In this document: in pieces, positions 55,563 to 64,000 of the stretch
How positions within the stretch are numbered: the first letter of the stretch is position 1
Layout: the number at the start of each line of letters is the position of its first letter
Source of the DNA: the human T2T-CHM13v2.0 reference genome, Homo sapiens
Direction: 5' to 3' (one strand)
DNA: 64,000 nucleotides
Assembly (NCBI RefSeq): GCF_009914755.1
Contig: NC_060929.1
Made by a program: the position numbers and the translations under genes
The notes under the pieces: generated by a model
The model's database searches: none
Told to the model about the DNA's origin: nothing
Seen by the model: the letters and a program-made list of their open reading frames with translations, nothing else

Positions 55563-57961
55563 TAAACTTAAAAAAATATGGGAGGTATTATAGGATTATA
55601 TAATATCCTTGCCCAAAAGCCACTTTTAGCATACCTTCAATTAAAAAGTAAAAGCAATATATACTTATAAAGTTAGAAATGTTAATTTATATAAGAAGAT
55701 TAAAAAAACATAAATCCACACCCCATTCCTTTACCTTACTTACTGAACTACTATTCATTTATGATTCCTTTTCCAGCAGAGGGACTATATAGGGAACAGG
55801 GAATAGGGAACAGGGAATTGATCACTCAGTTTTTGATAAAAAGATGGCTACTAAATAAGGTGAAATGTTTCTTTAAAGCTTGTACCAAACAATAATTTGA
55901 TTTCTGAGTGTCTACCAATAACCACCTGTAATTTATACAGTAATATTTAAATGATGGGATAGTTCCAGTCACTGAATATGCATGTGTTAACTCAGTTAAT
56001 TTACCAGTAAAGATACAAATGAAGTGTTTTTAAATTGAGAATGGCTAGTTGCCATTCTCAATTTAAATGGAAACTATCACCATAGCTCTCAGGAGAATAT
56101 TTTCATCCCCAGGGTAATCAATAGTTTCACAAATCTGTTCACATTCATGTACTTGAGTTTTTCAATCAGTATTTTCAGTGGTTTATGAGCCATATTTATG
56201 AAAGCTTCCCAGCACTGACAATATTAAGGAAAAGGTCTCTGACATTTTAAAGATTTTCTTTCTTTATATTTAAAACTTTGATTTTACTCATATTTATTTT
56301 ATGGAAGGAATGAAGTTGAGAACTAAAGTACTTATCTATAGACAGATTCTGCAGCTTTTAGGAATGAGCACAGATTAATGACTAGAGACAGCACATACAC
56401 AAAATCCCCACACAATATTTTCCAAAAAGAGCTGGCCACCAAGACAGAAAGTAACATAGTGCTTCTCACAGTAGCTTCCCTTAGTCTTTACATCTTGAAT
56501 GATGTCAAACATCTGGGAGTGATTTATTTTTCTTAACAGTAGGATCAGCTAGATCAGGAATACTTAGTTATTATCAATCCACAGCCCTTTTTTACTTTCT
56601 GCTTTTATGATCTCTCCAGAAGAAGAAACACACACACATACACACTTCCAGGCATTTTTATTTGTGAAAATATACAGAAACATCCTGTTCCACTGTGTAA
56701 GCTGTATATCCACAGGGCCATATTGTCACCTAGGGGAGAAAAGTGAGGTCAGCACCCGGCTGTTTCTGAGCAAAGATCTCAGCCTCCATTTTCCATCATT
56801 CTAGAAATCATTTCTTCTCAGCTACCAGTTAGCCTCAACAGAAATCATTAACTGAAAAAATCTCCACTAACTATTTGAAACACCTCATGACAAAACTTTA
56901 AATTAATCTCTGGACTCGGTTTCATTTATCTTTCTGTCTACCCCTGTACTGTTGTCAAAATGCTTGAAGTATAGCTTTATACTTTATACTTATACTTTAT
57001 GTGGATTTATGCTTTCTATTACATTTTCTCTAGCAAGGGCTAGTTTTCCCTCCTAACCCTTATTTTTCAAGTATCTTCTTCATATGGCTGCATAAATATT
57101 TTTTTCTATATGGATTGATCTGGGTGTCCTGAGCCAAGGCTTCCTTGTTAGAATTAGAGATTAAGGATATCAAAGTAACAAAATGATACAGTACTTGATT
57201 TCCGCAGTTCACGATCTAAATAATAAAGCAGTCAGGATTACAGCTCTGGTATACCGTTGCTGAAATGGAAAGATAAATCTGGTATATTGCTTTAATATGT
57301 GTATATAAAAATCTCATATTTAAAAATATTATTGAAAAGCAAATAGGAATTTGGGTGGAAATTTAGGAAGTAGAAAGTCAAAATCAGTAAACCCTTCACA
57401 GACTAAGTAATCACAGGTATTAACACTAAAAAGCAAATACGTTGCACTGTAGAACTCCCACTGCTCTTAAAGAGAAGGCCTCACCTGAGCCCCACGGCCA
57501 GATGGATTTGGTTTGGCAGGTTGGGGCAGGACTTGGGAGCACTGAATTACTCTCTCTCCAATTATGGCTGAAATTATATTGGTCGGGGAGACCTGAATAA
57601 ATGGACCAACAAGATAAGGCACAGCCTGGGATGAGAGGGAGAAATTTTGGGGATAGGGAGAGTTTTGTAGACAAAATTACTAATTTTAGGTTATTAAATT
57701 TTTATCATTATTAAATTATTTACCATGGGGCATGCTAGCATCTCTCTCCCACTTTGTCATCCTTAGAGTATCCTTAATAGAGACCCCATGACTCACTCAT
57801 GTTTTTTGTGTGTGTGTCTGTGAAAGTGGATTCATTTAAGCAAACTCAAAGAGGGGAGCTGAACTATATGTTTAACTTGATACAAGACAAGGCTAGATAA
57901 TATGGGCAACCTGGAGTTGAGACAGTGGAAATTCTGAAAGTGTAGAGCCCTGGAAAAGAGC

Positions 57962-57962
<1 letters not shown>

Positions 57963-57994
<32 letters not shown>

Positions 57995-58021
57995 CCAAAA
58001 ACAAACAAACAAACAAAAAAA
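57963..58021. repeat. Poly(A) of ~30 nt plus (AAAC)n
   Basis: Directly visible; no Alu or L1 body upstream. Confidence 0.9.
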
Positions 58022-61000
58022 CGGAAAACTTCAAACATTCAGGGCGTAGAAGTAGAGATTTCAAATAAAGCTGGACCCGGTTCATGTCTGGATATGTGGA
58101 ACGGTTACGAAATTACAGATACATTGTAAATTCAGGGTTGGAAAAGAGCAAGGCCAGGGTAGGGTGAAGGGATTTTGTAGCCCAGGCCTTGCTGTGAGCC
58201 TGGATGGTAAGGGATGGGCAATAGGTTCACTTTCCCCTCCTTGCTCCTCCACTATCCTGAGGGTTCTTCACAACTGTCCCCTGGATTAGTGATGCTACTG
58301 GGATCTCTGGACCAGACCTTCTAGGCTCAGTGTCCAGGGCCCAGTGCTGCTTGAGGCTGGAGTGTGCCGTGGAAGACAGGGATGGATCTCGACCTCCTGC
58401 GGCTTGAGCTCACCCTCCATAGGCCATTTTATTTGTTTTATTCTTACTGTGTGCTGCGTAGCTCTTCCTTCTTTTTCTGTACTTCCTCCAGATGAATCCA
58501 TTTGGGAAAGAGACAGAAATCAGTTAAGAGATGCCAGATCCAACCACTCCAGCACACAGAGGGACTCTTGTGTTCTCTGTTCCTCTTCCCACTTTCCTGA
58601 ATCACTTCTCTTTTCACAGACCTTTGAGATGAGCTCTCTCAGGAAAAATTAGAACATTTTCCTTTAAGAAAACAGGATGAGCAGCAGAAGGCTTCAGTCC
58701 AAGCTCATAGACTAATCTGGGGTTGGTAGAGGGCTCCAGGGTAAAATTTCAAACACGGTGACTTTGTGTTCTTGGAACGGATTAAGAGAGTGTAGGATTT
58801 GTCTGGGGGCACAGAGTCACACAGTAATTATTCATCATCCCGTCATATGTCGGGTGTCTCTGGGCCCAGCCCCTGTTTCAGGGCTGATCTGAAGAGCAAA
58901 GTCAAGTTTCTGAAAGCCTCTGATGAGATGCTAAAATCTGAGCTCTGTCTTCAGGGAACAGAGTCCTACCTGGTGAAGCACGCACACGCCTGTGGGCTAG
59001 ACATTCCGCAACTGTCCTCGGCAGAGGAACACTGACCAGAATCTCAATAGAAGATCATGCACAAGAAGCACTTGTTTGAGTTTTCCAAAAAGGGACAATA
59101 AATAAATGATTTTGACTTTCTTGAAAAGAGTAACAGGAAACACAGAGTTGCGTGAGTTTCGGGTAGAAAGTTGCATTAGTCAAGAATAACGATGGGCTGA
59201 GGTTTGTCTAAGGAGAAGAGCATGAGAACTGGGTTTCAGTCTCTGAGTCCTTCAGGGTCCAGGGCAGACAAGGGAAAGATGTCCTCACCTGACCCCATGC
59301 CCTCGCCCAGAATCACTCATCACCCTCAGATCCACAGAATCACCCTCCACCAGCAGACCCTCCACTGCCCCCACGGAACCAACCACCTTCCTGCTGACTC
59401 AGCCTGGTCCCTTCCCTTTCTATGGAACTGTCCCAGGGAGCTCATCTCCAGAGTTCCTGTGGGTGCCCTCTTCTGCCCCCATATTCGCAGGCCGGGAAGA
59501 CTCATGTCTGCCCTTCACAGCCTTCTCCTGGAGGCAGGGATCGGGCAGGGGTTTGTCTCTCCTCCTTCTCACACTGTGTTCTCTGTGTAGAGTGTGTTTC
59601 TTTTTATCACTTGCTGGCCTCTCTCTGAGATTAAGCTGCAGCCTGTCATGTGGTGGTTAGACGTGTGTTTATCCTTCATCCTGTTGATCAGGAGCACCTG
59701 GATTTGAGCGATAAGGAGGCTGCATACCCAGATGTGGTTGGAGAAGAGAAAGGATTATGTCCAGAACAACCGAGCAGGGCTATGAGGTGCATTCTGTGAA
59801 CAACTTACCATTACTCGGCATTGGGCAGGACACCCCAGCCCCCATACCTTCCAGGACAGTGAGGACAAATCAGAGCAGTGTAACAGTTCATGGAGAGTCC
59901 ACTGCTCCCAAGCCATATCAAGACCCCCCTGAGAGCCACTGTTCATGGAAGTTCCCAATTGTAGGTGGAGAATTGAGCATTCTGGGGGCACCAGGCACTG
60001 AGGAATGACACACACCACCGCACCTTTTGGCAGAGCAAGATTTAAAAAACTCAAGTCTGAAAGACCATCTTGGTAGAGGGCCAAAGCTCCAGTTGGAGGA
60101 AGAGCTCCGATGGGCTCCTGACTCAGAAAATTTGTCTTCCAAGGGCCACTGCATGTGCCCAGAGTGTGTGAAGAGGAGATACAGCCCCTTCTCAGGGTCA
60201 CTATGTCTACTTTGAGGCTGGAGCGAGTGACTCGGGAAGGAAGCAGCAAAGGGCCCTGAAGGCTCAGGTCCCATGGATCAGAACCAGGGCACTGCCTTTA
60301 ACCCAATTTTAGAAAAAACAAAGGGCCCTGAGTGGCGCCACTCGGGAGAGCACCAAGAAGAAGTAGAGTTAGTGACTTTTCTTGCCAAAGAGATGTTGAC
60401 CCACCCTGCCCAGGCAGGGGATCAACGGAGACCCTGATGTCCCAGTTCTTGCCCAGCAGGGACAGGCTCCTATAAAAGGTGAATGCCAAGTGAGGATGAG
60501 CCACTTGTTAAAGTGTATTGTTCCAAGGAGAAAAGGGAAAAGTCTGCGAGTATCCCTGAAACCCACAAGGCCAGTGTGAGGCTCCCAGCAACTGTGTCCA
60601 ACGTGTCCTCCTTCCATCCCTCCCAGTGAGCCCATGTCTTTCATCAGGACCTATCAGCAGGTGCCATGGGATCAGGTCCCACAGGCTGCCATAGCCACTG
60701 CTCTCTGCTCTGTATTGTGGAGTTCATCTCCTGAGGGAGTCCTAAGGTCCACCTTTATGCATTTCCATGTCACATATTCTTTGAAGAGGATGATCTCACT
60801 TTTTCCTACTCCAAATATTTTTTTCTTTAAGTAAATATATGTGTGTGTAGATACATGGGGATGTGATATCCTCTCCTGCAGCTCTTGGGGTCAAGATTCA
60901 GGGTATCTCAGTAGCTTGTGCTTATATAATGGGGTAGCGTCAGTGCAGCTCTTAGTATGTGCCTGTTTTGGCCTTTAAGAGTTCTTGTTCATGGAGGGAA

Positions 61001-61577
61001 GTTGACAGTGGTACTCCATATACACTACCATCAACCTTATTTCATTTTTATCGATTCATGTATTCTATATTTAAAATACACTTTTTCTTGATTTTATCAT
61101 TGAAAAAAATAATTTAAAAATTACCGTAAAATCTCCAAGGACCCATGAAACTAAGAAAAATCATTTAAGTCCCAAGCTCTGGTCCTGGCTCAAGCAGTCT
61201 TTCTCCTTCCTCCCTCATCCTGCTGAATTCCATACAGCTGTAGGGTCCATGAAGCTACGTGGGCCTAAGAGGGCAGAAATCCCCCATGTAGAATAAAAGA
61301 CAAGAAACTTCACACAACACTAATTTGAGATTTGAAGCCTGTGGTAGCTAGGCTCTGAGTTTAGAAGGGTGGGGAGAAATCTATATCCCTCAGTCTCTTG
61401 GTCAGAGCTATTACCTTCACCCAGACTTTTCCCTTCCTGATGAAGGCTGGGGAGATGGACACTGCCCTCACCTCTTCATTTAGTCCTAATGAAATGGACA
61501 GCAGCTCACCCCTTCCCCTTCTCTCCTTATGCATGCTTGAGAATTGAAGGTAACACAGCACTTCCAGGTCTGTATGG

Positions 61578-61672
61578 GTGCATGTGCATGTGCGTGTGCA
61601 TGTGTGTGTGCATGTGCGTGTGTGTGTGCATGTGTGTGTGTGTGCATGTGCATGTGAGTGTGTGTGTGTGTG
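61578..61672. repeat. Compound (TG)n/(TGCA) microsatellite
   Basis: Directly visible. Confidence 0.95.
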
Positions 61673-63569
61673 TTCCTTTCTGTACCTCAAATGAAAATGT
61701 TCATCATTTATATAACCCTCCTCCCTATCTCAAGCCCTCCTCCCTATCTCATCATTTATATAACCCTCCTCCCTAATCTCAAGCCCAGACAGGATGCAAA
61801 CAGCTCTGTGTGAGTGGAACATAACTGCTCCTGTGTGTGTGGTGACCTTGAACATGATGGACCTAGGTGGGTTGAGAGTGGGACATGAAATAATTAAAAC
61901 AGTTTCTTTTTTCTGTTTTTCTTTTCTCCAATGGGAAGGATACCAGAGGGATGAGTGTTTCAAAGGAAGGATTATAGCAAAACTGGAAGGGGAAGGACAT
62001 ATTTACAGGCTTGGGCCAGATATTTCTTCACATATTCAAGTATCTTTCAGCCACAGGATAGGAAGTGAATTTAAAGGTAGGAACATGAAAACTAATTCCA
62101 GGCTTGGGTCAGGTCTCCTCACCTCTTTCTCACCACAAGACAGGTCATCTGTGAGGTGTTTCAGTGATGGGGACATTTGCCTGAAAGTGCGGGTTTTGGT
62201 GTTCTGTAAATTCACAGTGACAAGCTGTGTGAGCTTTTCTGCATGGAGGGCGTATTTTTGTGGGTATTGGTGTGATAGAAGCTGGGATGGGGTAAAGCTG
62301 AGGATCGGAGTAGTCGTTTAAGGATCCTAACAGCTGGGGTGCTGACCTAGAATCAAACTATGACCTTGACAATTATGTCACTCCACTGGAAGGATTCCTT
62401 CTGGAAGGAAGGGCCCTCCCCATGGAGTCTGTCCAGTTTCCGGCTGGACGACCTCTTTGACCTCTTTGCAAAAACAGAGATCACCAGTCCTTCATGGTGA
62501 GAACAGACACAGTGCAGCTACACAATGCCCTAGGGAAAACTGAGTCAGTGTGAGGAAAAACGTGAGTACACTGAGTGGGAAATAAATGGAATGAAGAGGG
62601 GAAAGAACTAAACACCTGTTGGAAGAAATGGAAGGTCTCCATTTTCCCTAATTGAAGCTCCTACCCTGTGATCTTCATGACTCTATTGGGGCCCTGACAG
62701 ATTTCCTTCAGAGATACCCTCAGCTCCTGCAACACAGGTGGGACCTGCAGCTTTCCCGAGGGTACAGGGTTTCTGGGGCTTGTCCTGGACTCTTACTGAG
62801 CCCCGCTGAAGCCAAAATGACACCTAATGTTTTCTCATCTCCATCTACGGACACTGGAACAAAGGCATTGAAGGGCTAAATGTAGCAGCTGCTGACAAAT
62901 ATGATTTCAAAAAAGTAAAAGCCATCGAAGAAAGAGGTTTCTTGAGAGGCCCCCATGATTGGTGTGGTGAAAAGCCTTCCTGGAGGCTTCTGATTTGCCC
63001 CTGCCAGCCCTGGGGGGCAAGAGAGGGAGTGCCATGGCTCTTCCTGGCTCCTGTCCAATACCTTTGCCCTGCCTGAGCTTCTGAACCATTGGTCTAGAAG
63101 GGAAATGCTAGCCCTAATAGCTGAGCTTGTTTCTATTTCTTTTCTCTAAAGCCCCCCAACGTGGTCTAGTTTGTGTAAAGAAGAGACCGTCTCCTGAGTT
63201 TGAGACCCTGTCTGAGTCCCTCGTCATGTTTTCCATCACAGCCACACATAAAGATCAACACTTCAAAGCAAACCAGAGAAGGATGTGGGGGAATAGTCAA
63301 AGCCCATTCCCAATGGGAAAGCCTCAGGGCAGATTGCACAGAGAGAGACCCATGCAGGCGGTGCTCGGGAAAGGCTGAGAGGCTGCATCCGGACCATGGG
63401 TGAGTTCACTGGTGGTCCAGAGGTACTCCAGGCAAGGGGCATCTCATGGGGAAAAGCACTGAGGGAGGAAGTAAGGCAGCACTTTCTGGAAGAGCCAGGA
63501 AGTGGGCCATACTGAACTGGGTAGAATTTCCTCACTAGACATGATTGCTCCAGGAGCCAGCAAACATTT

Positions 63570-63670
63570 ATTTGAGTTCCTCCTCTGCCACTTACTCGCT
63601 CTGAGAACTTGATCCAGTGACCTAACAACCTGAGTCTGTTTCTTCATCTGTGAAATGCTGGTATTGATTG
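63570..63670 (+). mobile_element. MIR fragment
   Basis: ctctgccacttact...tctgtttcttcatctgtgaaatg core. Confidence 0.75.
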
Positions 63671-64000
63671 TGGAAACCTCAAAATGTTATTCTTAAATCC
63701 CGTTCAAATGTAACCCCCAATTATTTTTCACATGGAGGATAAATAAAAATAGGTACCTAATATACCAAAATAATAGTATTCGGGAGGGATTTCAACACAT
63801 GGAGACAGGAGACAAGAAAAACAAAGTTTATTTACTTCAGTTATGATGTTGTGAGGCTAGCAAAAATATACAGAAAGGGATATATATAATAGATGTGACA
63901 AAGACCAGATGGTAACTTATTTCCAAGTGCTGTATTTCCTGGAAAGCTATATTTTCTCAGGAGGAATTAGAATACAGAATGAAAGGCTTGGTATTAGAAA

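Noticed and set aside
57951-58149. tggaaaagagc direct repeat around the poly(A) as a retrocopy TSD
   Set aside because: The poly(A) lies at the wrong end for target-primed insertion on either strand
59755-60249. 164-aa minus-strand ORF
   Set aside because: No recognisable domain; overlapping ORFs in several frames are expected in GC-richer DNA
61794-62321. Longest ORF (175 aa, ATG start)
   Set aside because: No recognisable motif or family similarity; cannot be supported without conservation or Ribo-seq data

Overview
Primate (human-like) intergenic or deep-intronic DNA, mostly AT-rich, with well over half made of decayed transposable elements. These are Alu J/S SINEs, MIR/L2, L1 (including one near full-length L1PA7/8-type copy), MaLR LTRs and proviruses (THE1, MST, MLT1), ERV LTRs (MER4-, LTR1-, MER39-like) and DNA transposon fossils (two Tigger1, a Cheshire/MER58-type hAT, MER44, MER5). 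I find no protein-coding gene, tRNA, rRNA or CRISPR array; the listed ORFs are TE remnants or chance. Repeat families were recognised from memory of consensus sequences, so subfamily names are tentative. I cannot support a new biological system here. The most unusual structures are: an MST LTR flanked by a ~78-bp direct repeat instead of a 5-bp TSD; a 48-bp-stem hairpin split by a THE1D LTR; a tail-less L1PA fragment with a duplicated inverted end bridging two truncated repeats; deep TE nests; and a repeat-poor, GC-richer block at ~57.4-63.6 kb with candidate non-coding exons.
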